Shown: positions 10,445 through 20,811, counted from the stretch's first letter. The stretch is 64,000 nt of DNA from a virus (IMGVR_UViG_3300027788_000004:68787-132786), one strand, 5' to 3'. A program made the numbers and translations. Notes: generated from the letters alone by a model not told the origin.

Positions 10445-12028
10445 ATGGCTGGATTTGTAGAAAGAGGCGATTCAAACGCAGGTAACCGATTTGTTGCTTC
10501 AGGTGCGTTAAAACAATTAAGTTCGTTTGGAATGAAGTACGATGATATGGTACTTCGAAATTCTCAAGCGGTTGGTATAGTTGAAGATCAATTTGGTTGG
10601 ACTTACGATCCAAGAGGGTTAGTTGGTGGAGATTATGATGATTATGCATTATTTGCTAACTTAGCATTATCTGATATAGCACTTAAAAAATCAATATCAG
10701 TATTTGATAAATCATATCCTAAGAAACGAGAAGAACTTCGTAGATTTGCGGTACAAGATGAAATTGAAGAAATTCTAGATACTTTGTGTGATGAATGTAT
10801 TGTATATGATGATAAAAACTATTTTGCAGATCCTTTATTATTTGATGATGATTTATTAGCAAACGATAAAGTAGATGAAATTAGAGGAGCTATTTCTATA
10901 AACTTCAAACGAATTTATCAGTACTTTGGTTTTAATAATGATATCACAGCATGGTCATACTTTAGAAAATTTTTAGTTGATGGATATCTTGCGTTTGAGA
11001 TTATATTTGATAATGAACAAAGAAACATTATCGGTTTCAAAGAATTAGATCCAATTTCTTTAGAACCTGGAATTGATGATCAAGGAAAACGAGTATGGAA
11101 ACAATTCAAAGATATTCCAGCAAAAGCTAGAACCTTATATGATTCACAAATTATATACCTATCGTATGCAAACTTAAATTCGCCAACTAGAATTTCTTAT
11201 GTTGAACGTCTTATTAGATCTTTTAATCTTCTTAGAATTATGGAACATTCTAGAATTATATGGTCGGTGGTTAATTCATCATTCAAAACTAAATTTATTA
11301 TACCTGTAGGTGGTAAGTCAAAAACAAGAGCAAAACAATCTCTTGGTGTTCTTATGCAAAACTATCGAGAACAAGTTGACTTTAACTTTGATTCTGGAGA
11401 ATTAAAAACTAATGGACGTCCGATGATGCCATTTAATAAAGAATATTGGTTACCTGAAGGTGATGCTGGTTCTCCACAAATAGAAACAATTGGTGGAGAT
11501 GGACCAGATTTATCAGATACAGATTCTCTAAATTACTTCAAAGAAAATTTACGTAGAGTATCTAAAATACCTATGAATAGATTCGATGTTGAAAATCCTC
11601 CATCATGGGAAATCAATGCAGAAGGAATGACTAGAGATGAAATCAAATTTGGTAGATTCATTAATAGACTTAGATCTGTATTTCAAGAAATCATAGTAAA
11701 ACCACTATGGATTCAAATGACTTTAGATTATCCAGATCTTATGAATGATGATTCATTCAAAGCTCAAGTCGGTGTTAAATTTAATAAATATAACATCTTC
11801 GAGGAAATGAAGGAAATGGAATTATTGCAGAAACGAATTGACTTTGTAACTGCAATGAAAGATGGACTTGTCGATTACGATCCTAATGGAAATGAAATTA
11901 AATACTTCTCTTCCGAATGGTTAATTCGACGATTTATGGGACTTAACGAAGAAGAAATCAAGTCAAATGATCTTATGAAGAAAAAGGAACAAGATCATTT
12001 AGATCAGATGGCCGACGAAGAAATGTAA
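10445..12028 (+). CDS. gp20: portal protein (T4 gp20-like)
   Basis: FRKFLVDGYLAF, EYWLPEGD..PQIETIGG, KIPMNRF, RDEIKFGRFINRLR motifs; synteny with protease and capsid. Confidence 0.93.
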   Translation: MAGFVERGDSNAGNRFVASGALKQLSSFGMKYDDMVLRNSQAVGIVEDQFGWTYDPRGLVGGDYDDYALFANLALSDIALKKSISVFDKSYPKKREELRRFAVQDEIEEILDTLCDECIVYDDKNYFADPLLFDDDLLANDKVDEIRGAISINFKRIYQYFGFNNDITAWSYFRKFLVDGYLAFEIIFDNEQRNIIGFKELDPISLEPGIDDQGKRVWKQFKDIPAKARTLYDSQIIYLSYANLNSPTRISYVERLIRSFNLLRIMEHSRIIWSVVNSSFKTKFIIPVGGKSKTRAKQSLGVLMQNYREQVDFNFDSGELKTNGRPMMPFNKEYWLPEGDAGSPQIETIGGDGPDLSDTDSLNYFKENLRRVSKIPMNRFDVENPPSWEINAEGMTRDEIKFGRFINRLRSVFQEIIVKPLWIQMTLDYPDLMNDDSFKAQVGVKFNKYNIFEEMKEMELLQKRIDFVTAMKDGLVDYDPNGNEIKYFSSEWLIRRFMGLNEEEIKSNDLMKKKEQDHLDQMADEEM

Positions 12029-12089
12029 TTTCAATAGAATCCCAAAGATATATAATTAAAATAATACAAAAATAAAATAATCTTTCAAA

Positions 12090-13847
12090 ATGAATGAAGC
12101 AAATTTATTAGTACTGGAAAGATCTACCTGTGTACTAGAAGCAAACGGAACTGGTGACGACAAGTACGTTTTAGAAGGAACTTTTTCAGAGATCGGAAAG
12201 AAGAATAAGAATAATCGTATTTACGATGAGAAAGAACTTATTCCTCATATCGACGAGTTACAGGAAAAAATCAAAAGCGGAAAGCTATTAGGGGAATTAG
12301 ATCACCCGAAACAATTTGACATATCGTTAAAGAACGTATCCCATGTTATAGAAGAAATCAAATACGATAAAGCTAATAAAAAAGTTACTGGAAAGATTCG
12401 ATTATTAGATACTGATGCTGGAAAGCAAGCTAAGGCTTTAGTTGATGGAGGTATCCCTATTCACATATCTAGCAGAGCTGCTGGTGTTGTAGAAAGCAAC
12501 GGTCATGTAAAAATTAAGAAACTATTTACTTATGATTTAGTTGCAGATCCTGGTTTTGAGAATGCAGAACTAAAACGTGTTAACGAATCATTTGGTTTTG
12601 ATAATCACGGTGATATACAGATATATGAGTTGAATGGATATATAGAACAGAATAACAAAGAAATTCAAAAAGAATTAACTACCATGGAAAAAAACGATAC
12701 ATCTATAAATGAATCAACTGGCAATTATGTTACAGTAGATGATTTTAACGAATACTCAAAAATTATTAAAGAAGAAATCGAAAAGGCTAAAGGCGAATTA
12801 ATTGACTTATCCGAATCTTCTAAAAATGATGATCTTGTAAAATACTCAGAGCAAATCGCGTCGAGAGTAAATAAAATATCTGAATATGTTGAAGGTGTTG
12901 CTGAAAACGTAGATAATCTTATTTCACATAACGATTATATTATAGAGAACCTTTCTAAAGTTAAAGATTACGCAGAATATGTGGGATTAAAAACAGATCA
13001 AAATATAGAATACTCTAAACATATTGCTGAGAACGTTAATACAAGAACATCTTATCAAGATTATGTTAATGAACATGTTGATAAAGTAATAGATTACCAA
13101 AACTATATAGTTGAAGGTCTTGATGCTACAACAAATTATGCAGAATATCTAAAAGAAAATTTAGAAAAACTTGGTAATTATACAGATTATGTAGTTTCTT
13201 CATTAAACGAAACGAAAGTTGAAGATAATAAAGAAGAAACTAAAGAAACAATAAATGAATCAGAAACAGTTGAATCAACTAACGTTGAAGAACTAGTTAC
13301 TGAAAACGAAACATTCAAATCAGAATTAAACGAAAAAATTACAGCGTTGGTCGAATCAGCTAAGAAGCAAAAAGTTGAAGAAACATCTGTAAATACACAT
13401 TTCTTACATTTCTTGAATGAAGATCGCAGATCTAACTATAAGGATTTAGACGATGAGGCTAAGGCGAAAGTCATTAGAGCTTATGAATCTACCGATTGGT
13501 TTGGATCTAACGATGCTTCAGGAATATGGGAAAGTGTATTCGCCGAACCTATAAAAAAAATCGATTGGTTAGAAAGTAGACCTGAGAAATTCGATAGTCT
13601 TTGGGAGTCCTTAAATGAGGATTCTAAAAATTCTATCAAAGCTCAAGCAACTATGAGAGATCTTGATACACAGTACAAGATCGATCACTTCTGGGCAACA
13701 CGAGATTTAAGAGGTTCAAACCCATCTGAACAAATTGATGAATCTAAGAAAATGGTTAACGAAAGTGAATCATCTACTTATGAAACACAAGGTGTTTACA
13801 TGGACTCTGTTACAGAGGGGCTTAAAAAACGCTTTAACAGAAGTTAA
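12090..13847 (+). CDS. gp21: prohead protease (gp21-like) fused to scaffold/core protein (gp22-like)
   Basis: N-terminal NKNNRIY, LLGELDHP, ISSRAAG, YDLVADPGF protease motifs; long acidic helical C-terminal part with many x-x-E sites. Confidence 0.85.
   Translation: MNEANLLVLERSTCVLEANGTGDDKYVLEGTFSEIGKKNKNNRIYDEKELIPHIDELQEKIKSGKLLGELDHPKQFDISLKNVSHVIEEIKYDKANKKVTGKIRLLDTDAGKQAKALVDGGIPIHISSRAAGVVESNGHVKIKKLFTYDLVADPGFENAELKRVNESFGFDNHGDIQIYELNGYIEQNNKEIQKELTTMEKNDTSINESTGNYVTVDDFNEYSKIIKEEIEKAKGELIDLSESSKNDDLVKYSEQIASRVNKISEYVEGVAENVDNLISHNDYIIENLSKVKDYAEYVGLKTDQNIEYSKHIAENVNTRTSYQDYVNEHVDKVIDYQNYIVEGLDATTNYAEYLKENLEKLGNYTDYVVSSLNETKVEDNKEETKETINESETVESTNVEELVTENETFKSELNEKITALVESAKKQKVEETSVNTHFLHFLNEDRRSNYKDLDDEAKAKVIRAYESTDWFGSNDASGIWESVFAEPIKKIDWLESRPEKFDSLWESLNEDSKNSIKAQATMRDLDTQYKIDHFWATRDLRGSNPSEQIDESKKMVNESESSTYETQGVYMDSVTEGLKKRFNRS
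12637..12645 (+). promoter_or_regulatory. candidate internal late promoter for a nested scaffold transcript
   Basis: GATATATAG followed by an A-rich leader and in-frame ATG at 12684 (Met199), just after the protease domain. Confidence 0.5.
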
Positions 13848-13890
13848 AAACTTCAACAAACCAAACCCAATAAAAAATAATTAGACAATT

Positions 13891-15615
13891 ATGAATTTAA
13901 TTAATGAATCTGAAATTTTTTCTAAGTGGACTCCGATTATCGAGAGCACTACTGGAATTGAAGACAGATCTAAACTAGAATGGATGTCTAAGTATTGTCA
14001 TAACCATGAGTTGTACGAGAATAATTCGACTGCAACTGTAGGTTCTGTTAATGGTATGGGTGCCGTACGTTTCCCAGCTCCTCCTGGAGCTCAGACTGCG
14101 TTCGCTACTCAAACTACTGGATCTGGTGATAAGCCTTACACTTTGCTTCCTCTTGCTATGCAAGTTGCTGCTCAGACTGTAGGTTTAGACCTTGTACCAG
14201 TTGTACCAATGAATGGACCAATGGGAGTGCTTACTTATTTAGACTTCGTCTACGGCGGTGGTAAAGTACCACAAACCGGACAAACTGCTGCATTTAACGC
14301 TACAACAGCTGGAGATGCACCAAACATGCCACTACTTATTAAAGTAGACTGGCCGACGGGAGCTTCTTCTTTTGGAAGTGTACCTAAAGGAACAGTTGGT
14401 GGACTTAATGCTGTAGGTAACGTTCCTGGTGGAACTGTTACTTTTGTAGGACAATCAAGAATTGACGGTTACCCAATCTTCAAAGTTGACTCTCTTACTG
14501 CAGGATTATCAATCGCTGACTTATTCGGAACTGCAACTGGTGTAACTTTCTCTGGAGGTATTGCAACTGCCGGTATCGGTAGTGTAGCAATTTCTGTAGG
14601 AAATGCAACATTAGTAAAAGCTCTTGAAGATCATGTTCAAGGATTCTCATCTAACGATTACACTGGTTCTACTGAGCCAATGTCAAGAGTACAAGGTGAG
14701 GGTACTGTAGATAACGTAATGAATTTAAGTTTATTCAACAAATCTGTTGAAGCACAAACTTTCCAAGTTGCTGCTGCAGTAACTAGAGAGCAAGTACAAG
14801 ACTTAAAACAATTCGGTATCGATGCTGTTGCTCAAGTTGAATCAGTTCTTATTAACGAATTGACTCAATCAATTAACAGAAACATCTTAGGAAGAGTAAG
14901 AAGATTAGGTTATTCTAATGCTCAAGGTATTTTTGCTTCACAAGGTGTACAATTCAACCTATGGGTTGGATCTATATTAGGTGCTACAACTTATTCGACT
15001 GTATATGGAACTTACGGTGCTAGTGCAACTGCATTAGATACTGCTCAAGGTAACGGACTACAAGCGTTTGGTATTGGTGCATCTTCTAATCCTGTTATAA
15101 ACAACTCTGAAACTAATTCTAACGCAGAGAACTTACATACTAGACAACGTAAAGTAATGTCTAAATGTTTAGCTGCTGCAAATATGATTGCGATCAGAGG
15201 TAGAAGAGGTCCTGCTACTTTCGTAGTAACTAACGGACAACTTGGTACTGCACTTCAAGATTGTGCTGGATTCGTTCCTGCACCATTGATGAATACACTA
15301 AACCAACAAACTGGCTCATTATACCCTATCGGTACTTTAGCTGGATTGGTTGTTTACGTAGATCCATTAATGTCATGGGGTGATACTCGAGTGACTGTAG
15401 GTAGAAAAGGTGACGGAAACTCTCCAGGTATTGTATTTATGCCATACTTAATGGCTGAATCAGTACAAACTATTGCTGAAGGAACAATGGCGCCGAAAAT
15501 CGCTGTGAAATCTAGATATGCATTAGTTGAGGCTGGATTCCATCCTGAAACTATGTACTTATCATTCGGTGTTGTTTATGGTGATAATATCTTAGCTGGT
15601 GGTGGTCTTGCGTAA
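13891..15615 (+). CDS. gp23: major capsid protein (T4 gp23-like)
   Basis: DLVPVVPMNGPMG, TREQVQDLK, INELTQSINR, FMPY, PKIAVKSRYAL motifs; strongly biased codon usage. Confidence 0.95.
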   Translation: MNLINESEIFSKWTPIIESTTGIEDRSKLEWMSKYCHNHELYENNSTATVGSVNGMGAVRFPAPPGAQTAFATQTTGSGDKPYTLLPLAMQVAAQTVGLDLVPVVPMNGPMGVLTYLDFVYGGGKVPQTGQTAAFNATTAGDAPNMPLLIKVDWPTGASSFGSVPKGTVGGLNAVGNVPGGTVTFVGQSRIDGYPIFKVDSLTAGLSIADLFGTATGVTFSGGIATAGIGSVAISVGNATLVKALEDHVQGFSSNDYTGSTEPMSRVQGEGTVDNVMNLSLFNKSVEAQTFQVAAAVTREQVQDLKQFGIDAVAQVESVLINELTQSINRNILGRVRRLGYSNAQGIFASQGVQFNLWVGSILGATTYSTVYGTYGASATALDTAQGNGLQAFGIGASSNPVINNSETNSNAENLHTRQRKVMSKCLAAANMIAIRGRRGPATFVVTNGQLGTALQDCAGFVPAPLMNTLNQQTGSLYPIGTLAGLVVYVDPLMSWGDTRVTVGRKGDGNSPGIVFMPYLMAESVQTIAEGTMAPKIAVKSRYALVEAGFHPETMYLSFGVVYGDNILAGGGLA

Positions 15616-15662
15616 TTGAGCAATCAATAACGTAATACATCATTACACTAATTTACATTATG

Positions 15663-15696
15663 CAAAAGGTCTCCTTCGGGAGACCTTTTGTTTTTT
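15663..15696 (+). terminator. intrinsic terminator after the major capsid gene
   Basis: Perfect 12-bp stem CAAAAGGTCTCC-TTCG-GGAGACCTTTTG with cUUCGg loop and T tract. Confidence 0.92.
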
Positions 15697-15736
15697 GTAA
15701 CGAATATATAGTAATATAAAACAAAAAAGACATTCA

Positions 15737-18121
15737 ATGAAAATTATTTCTAGAAATTCATTCAATCATATAAATGAAGCGGTTTTTGGTGTACGTTTAT
15801 CAGGATATTCAAAAGAAGATTTTGAAAGACTTAATCATACCGAACTATCAGATGCACTTAAACAGATATTATTACTATCAGGCGGAGGATTCACGACCGA
15901 ATCCATTTCATGTCTAAAACAATCTTTACTAAAACATAATTTATTAGAAGAATCAAGATTTGATAAAGTTATTTTTGATAAATCAGTCAATGAAGAAAAC
16001 CTTAATGAGGATGACCATTTAGCAATGATTGATGATCTTATTAAAGGTACTGCAGCAATTGGACTAGCTGGTGCTGTTGGTATGGGAGCATACATAAACT
16101 TTTTAGGTAAAAAGAAAAAGATCAAAAAGGCTTGGACTAATGTATATAAAGCAAAGGGAGATGAATCTGATATTGATTTAGAAACGTGGCAAGAGAAACA
16201 AGCGTTAAAAGCTGAATTAACTAAAGATGAAGTTACTGATAAGACAGGACAAGTTGAAACAACTATAACTAATAAGAAAGAAGAATTAACGAACGTTGAT
16301 AAAACATGGGATGAAGATAAAAAGGAAGCTAAGCAAAAACTTGATGATACTAAGAAGTTATTATATGAATTAGATCCTAAAACATATAACGACCCAGAAG
16401 CAAAATCTTCAGTAAAACCAGCAAAGGAAAGTTTGAAAGAAGAAGAAACCGAAAAGGAAGATAAAAAGGATGATGGACCTGAAGGAGATTTACAAAAAGC
16501 ACAAAACGCAGTTAAAGATGCAAGACCTGATGAAAAGGAAATAGAAAAGGAATTAATACCAATTGATAAACAAATTCAAGGAGGTATTGATAAAATGGCA
16601 GATTTCAAAGGAGATAAGAAAGAAAAGGCTGCGGCTGGTAAAAAATGGGCAAAAGAAAAATCTAAATTACAAGATAATAAAGAAAAGATTAAAGATGGAT
16701 CTTCTAATAAAAAATTACAAGCTGCTAAAAAGGAGTTAGAAGGAATAAAAAAACAACTCGAATCTGAACAAAAGAGATTAGAAAAAAGAAAGGCAGATTA
16801 CGCAGAATACGCTGATGGATCTACTAAAGAAACGAAATCAAAATTAAAGGACGAGATAGATGATCTTCGAGGAGAAATTGATAAGATAAAGGAAAGAGGC
16901 CAACCAAAGGGAGATGCTAGTGATGTTCAAAAAATAGATGATATCGGTAAGCAAAAGAAAGAGAACGTTAAGCAAGAAATTCAAGCTTTAGCAGATGAGG
17001 CTGATCGAGTAAGTGGAACTAAAGATGGAGGTAAGGAGGCTGCTGGTTTAGCTGGTAAAGCTCTTGGTATGAAATCAGGATTTACTAAAAAGGTAAAAGG
17101 TGAATTAGAAAAGGATCTAATAAAACAGAAAAAGTCTAACATTGAAAAAATGGGAGATGATAAACGAGCAGAATCATTAGATATATTAGCTAAAGAAGCC
17201 GATAAAAAAGCTGCAGAAGGAGATAAAAAATTCCAAGACGAAAAGAAAAAGGTTGATGCATCTGATAAAGAAAAGCAAGAAGCTGAGGATAAGGTGGCTG
17301 CAAAATTAGCTAAAGATGCTGAGGATAAAAAAGCAAAGAATACGGAAAAGACCGCTGAGTTAAATAAAGAAATCGCTAATTTACAATCAGGCGATTCAAA
17401 GGGTAAGGAAGAACAAATTGCTAATCTACAAACTCAGATTAATAAATTACAAACAGAACACCGTTCGGTTACAACAAAATTCAAAATTGCAATTTTAGAA
17501 GCTGAGCTTAGGAAAATAACGGAAGAAGATAAAGATGCAAAAAGTAGTAATGATAATACATTATTAAACAAAACGGTTATACTGAGTGATCTCTCAGGAA
17601 CCGATATGAGTCATCTAGATGGAGCTGAGGGAGTTGTTACTAAGTCTTTCAAAGAAGGCGAACGAGAACCTGAAGGAGATATGCCAAGAAGATCAGGAGA
17701 TCCTGAATTATTCAAAATAGAATTAAAGGATCCTCAAGATCCTATGTATCCAGATGTTAACTTACCAGCAAAAAACATAAAAATTCTTGATAAAAAGGCT
17801 GATGATAGTGAAGAAGAAGAAACAAAAACCGAAGAAAGTTTTAGATCTAAATTTAATTCGGCAATGAACGAAGAGAATAATAAGATGAATCATCAAGCTG
17901 AACTCGAACAAAGTGCAGATAATAATAAAGAATTAGCAGAACTTAAAAAGTATAAGCAAAGATTATATGATTCTGGAGAATCTGCAGCGGTTAGTACTTG
18001 GGAATCGTTTGAAAAACGAGTTATAGGTAAAGATGGCACATGGGAGCTTGCACCTACACAATCATATGCAAAAGCTATAACACAACTAAAAGATCTTATA
18101 GGTAAATATAGTATAAAATGA
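15737..18121 (+). CDS. large Lys/Glu-rich coiled-coil protein, putative internal head protein
   Basis: N-terminus MKIISRNSFNHINE; late motif at 15703; one hydrophobic segment then a long K/E/D-rich helix. Confidence 0.55.
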   Translation: MKIISRNSFNHINEAVFGVRLSGYSKEDFERLNHTELSDALKQILLLSGGGFTTESISCLKQSLLKHNLLEESRFDKVIFDKSVNEENLNEDDHLAMIDDLIKGTAAIGLAGAVGMGAYINFLGKKKKIKKAWTNVYKAKGDESDIDLETWQEKQALKAELTKDEVTDKTGQVETTITNKKEELTNVDKTWDEDKKEAKQKLDDTKKLLYELDPKTYNDPEAKSSVKPAKESLKEEETEKEDKKDDGPEGDLQKAQNAVKDARPDEKEIEKELIPIDKQIQGGIDKMADFKGDKKEKAAAGKKWAKEKSKLQDNKEKIKDGSSNKKLQAAKKELEGIKKQLESEQKRLEKRKADYAEYADGSTKETKSKLKDEIDDLRGEIDKIKERGQPKGDASDVQKIDDIGKQKKENVKQEIQALADEADRVSGTKDGGKEAAGLAGKALGMKSGFTKKVKGELEKDLIKQKKSNIEKMGDDKRAESLDILAKEADKKAAEGDKKFQDEKKKVDASDKEKQEAEDKVAAKLAKDAEDKKAKNTEKTAELNKEIANLQSGDSKGKEEQIANLQTQINKLQTEHRSVTTKFKIAILEAELRKITEEDKDAKSSNDNTLLNKTVILSDLSGTDMSHLDGAEGVVTKSFKEGEREPEGDMPRRSGDPELFKIELKDPQDPMYPDVNLPAKNIKILDKKADDSEEEETKTEESFRSKFNSAMNEENNKMNHQAELEQSADNNKELAELKKYKQRLYDSGESAAVSTWESFEKRVIGKDGTWELAPTQSYAKAITQLKDLIGKYSIK

Positions 18122-18597
18122 AAATAACAAGAAGTAAGGCTGGTAAAAATCCAACTAGACATGGTATTGTTTTACGTGGACTTAAACCAACTTATAAAGA
18201 GGTATTAAAGAAACATGAATTTATAAAGGACCATTGTAAAGATGATAATTTTGTACATCTTTTATTTAGTCTTATTGATAGAGAAAATATACAAAAAAAT
18301 AAAAGCAAATACTTTATAGATCCTACTGATGGAGAAGTTAAAGATAGAAAAATTCTTATAGATGAAATAAAAATAGTTCCTTGGAAATGTTCTTATTGTG
18401 AATGTAAAATAAAATCTAAAATGGAAGATTTTTCTACAAAGAATTTTACATGTAAAAAATGCTATAAGGCATACGTTAAAGATGAGAAAAAAATAAGTCA
18501 ATTAGTTTTAGAAAATTCAGTAGAATTTGCTGAACTTTGTAAAAGATTAATAAATAGAGATAGAAAAACATTCCTTAAATATATACAAAATAAATGA
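18118..18597 (+). CDS. hypothetical zinc-finger protein
   Basis: CSYC...CKKC pair; start overlaps the upstream ORF's end. Confidence 0.6.
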   Translation: MKITRSKAGKNPTRHGIVLRGLKPTYKEVLKKHEFIKDHCKDDNFVHLLFSLIDRENIQKNKSKYFIDPTDGEVKDRKILIDEIKIVPWKCSYCECKIKSKMEDFSTKNFTCKKCYKAYVKDEKKISQLVLENSVEFAELCKRLINRDRKTFLKYIQNK

Positions 18598-20060
18598 AAC
18601 ACTTCGAAAAATACCAAATGATAACAGAAGCCTTATCATTGAATAAAGTTCAAGTAGTTATCTTGTCTAATTTAGACTCGAAATCTACAACAGTAGACTC
18701 TATAAAATCTGAATGCAATAAGCGAGGAATTCCTTGTAATGCATTAGATGTTAAAACATCTCATATAAAAGAATACGTAAATAAGAGAAACGATATTAAG
18801 ATAGGCGATGCTAAAACAAAACCATTCGCAATTAATAGATTAAACACTGTTGTAATAGCAAGAAGAGGAGTAGTATCTACAACATACACTCAAAAATTAT
18901 TACAAGATTTAGAAAAGGCAAACTTCTTTTGTGTAAATGGCCTTGAACCTACAATGATTTGTGAAAATAAAAATACAACTAATACTATATTAGAAGCTGC
19001 TGGATTACCAACACCAAAAAACACAATCATTAGCGATGTCGAAGGAGTTGATTTAGCGCTTAAAACTATTGGTGGAAAATTTCCAGTTATTGTAAAACTT
19101 CTTTCAGGATCTCAAGGTATAGGAGTTTCTCAGGTAGATTCTTACGAATCGTTGGTTTCTGTATTACAAACTTTATGGAAAGCTAGCGGAAAGAATGAAG
19201 TACTCTTACAAGAAAAGGTACCTGCAGATGGTGATGTTAGAATCCAAGTATTATCTAGGAAATTCTTTAGTCCCGATGATGAATCTTCTGAAATAGTTGC
19301 AGCGATGAAAAGAACTTCAGCTAAAAAAGATTTTAGAACTAATTATTCTATTGGTGGAGGCGTTAAAAAGATTAAGTTAACTAAAGAAATGGAAGAAATA
19401 TCTAAAGGTGCCGCTAAAGCAGTTGACTGTGCATGGTGTGCAGTAGATTTAATTATAGACAAAGAAACTAAAAAACCATATATATTAGAAGTTAACGCTT
19501 CACCAGGAACTAAAGGTATTACAGAAGCAACTGGTATTAATGTTGTTGGAGAAGTTATGGACTATGTATTAAATAAAGATAATTGGACTTATCCAACTAT
19601 CAATTGTGGTTATAGAGAATGTTTAACATTACCTGGAGTTGGAGAATTGGTGGTAAAGATGGATACCGGTAATGGTGCTAAAGGGATGGCATTTCATGGA
19701 GATAAAATTGAAGAAGATGGTAAATATCTTAATTGGGAAATTGGAGATAATAAATTCAGAGATAAAATAGTTGGATATTCAGAGCCTATGGATACTCATG
19801 GTGAGACAATGAAAAGACCGATAATAGAAAGGGATTTAGTATTTGCTGGAAAACTAGTTCCTAAAGTTCCTATTTCAATTGTAGATAGAACGGCTAAAAG
19901 CACACCAGTATTAGCAAATAGAAAATTCATGGATAGACTAGGTATTGTTGTGAGTCCTTCTAAAGCCTTTAAGGCTACTCAATTCACTGGAGAATTTGAT
20001 TGGTCTAAATCTCAAGGTGATAAACACGGCGGAATAAATTTTGACACCAAAGAGAAATAA
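18594..20060 (+). CDS. rimK: RimK-family ATP-grasp ligase fused to a C-terminal retropepsin-like (RimB-type) peptidase domain
   Basis: GLPTPKN, PVIVKLLSGSQGIGV, DFRTNYSIGG, AVDLI, ILEVNASPG (RimK); GYRE...VKMDTGN...RPII...DR...PVLANR (RimK-associated protease). Confidence 0.85.
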   Translation: MKHFEKYQMITEALSLNKVQVVILSNLDSKSTTVDSIKSECNKRGIPCNALDVKTSHIKEYVNKRNDIKIGDAKTKPFAINRLNTVVIARRGVVSTTYTQKLLQDLEKANFFCVNGLEPTMICENKNTTNTILEAAGLPTPKNTIISDVEGVDLALKTIGGKFPVIVKLLSGSQGIGVSQVDSYESLVSVLQTLWKASGKNEVLLQEKVPADGDVRIQVLSRKFFSPDDESSEIVAAMKRTSAKKDFRTNYSIGGGVKKIKLTKEMEEISKGAAKAVDCAWCAVDLIIDKETKKPYILEVNASPGTKGITEATGINVVGEVMDYVLNKDNWTYPTINCGYRECLTLPGVGELVVKMDTGNGAKGMAFHGDKIEEDGKYLNWEIGDNKFRDKIVGYSEPMDTHGETMKRPIIERDLVFAGKLVPKVPISIVDRTAKSTPVLANRKFMDRLGIVVSPSKAFKATQFTGEFDWSKSQGDKHGGINFDTKEK

Positions 20061-20152
20061 ACCCAAAACAAAGATTATAACTAATCCTCTTATCGATCCA
20101 GATAAGTGGTCTAGGGATAAGCAAGGTAATCTTATACCTAAGAAGAAAATAG

Positions 20153-20230
20153 TTGTTAATAAGTTTTTGAAAAATAAGTGATCAAAAGTTTTTTTATTCC
20201 ACTTATTTTTATTATATTTATATTATAATA
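20153..20230 (+). repeat. ~78-bp conserved intergenic repeat, copy 1 (putative early promoter)
   Basis: TTGTTAATAA..TTTGAAAAATAAGTGATCAAAAGTTTTT...TATTATATTTATATTATAATA; five copies in the window. Confidence 0.85.
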
Positions 20231-20255
20231 ACAATAACACAATAAACAAAACACT

Positions 20256-20702
20256 ATGGCTAAAATCAAATCACTAATCACCGATGTAATAGTCGATGTT
20301 CATTGCATAACTTCATACCCTAAACATATTGTAAATGCCGATCAATATCTTGATATTATCGATGCAATCTCAGAGTACAAAAAATCTAACGAATGGATTT
20401 CGGCAGAAAAACCTGATTATATGTATTATGAAGGAAGGAGATTCAATGATAATGAACGTATATGCGATGCTATACTAGGTAATATAAGACTCGGTATAAA
20501 CAAATCTATATTTGATGGAAATAAACATGCAGATATTTCCGATCCACTTAAACAACAAATTATGGAAGATTCCTTCTTAGTTTATCTTCAATACTTAATT
20601 TGTGCTAATGATCTTCAAAAACTTAACGAATGGATCAAATCCTCACTTCTTTATTCAGCAGGAAGCGATTACTGGTACAAATACGAAAAAGATTGGAATT
20701 AA
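20256..20702 (+). CDS. hypothetical early protein
   Basis: ORF directly after repeat copy 1 with an A-rich leader. Confidence 0.7.
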   Translation: MAKIKSLITDVIVDVHCITSYPKHIVNADQYLDIIDAISEYKKSNEWISAEKPDYMYYEGRRFNDNERICDAILGNIRLGINKSIFDGNKHADISDPLKQQIMEDSFLVYLQYLICANDLQKLNEWIKSSLLYSAGSDYWYKYEKDWN

Positions 20703-20709
20703 CATTCAA

Positions 20710-20786
20710 TTGTTAATAACTTTTGAAAAATAAGTGATCAAAAGTTTTTATTTACCACCAAAAAGTATTATATTTATATTATAATA
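20710..20786 (+). repeat. conserved intergenic repeat, copy 2 (putative early promoter)
   Basis: Near-identical to copies at 20153, 40628, 62148, 63825. Confidence 0.85.
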
Positions 20787-20811
20787 ATTAAAACAATAAA
20801 AAACAAATTTT

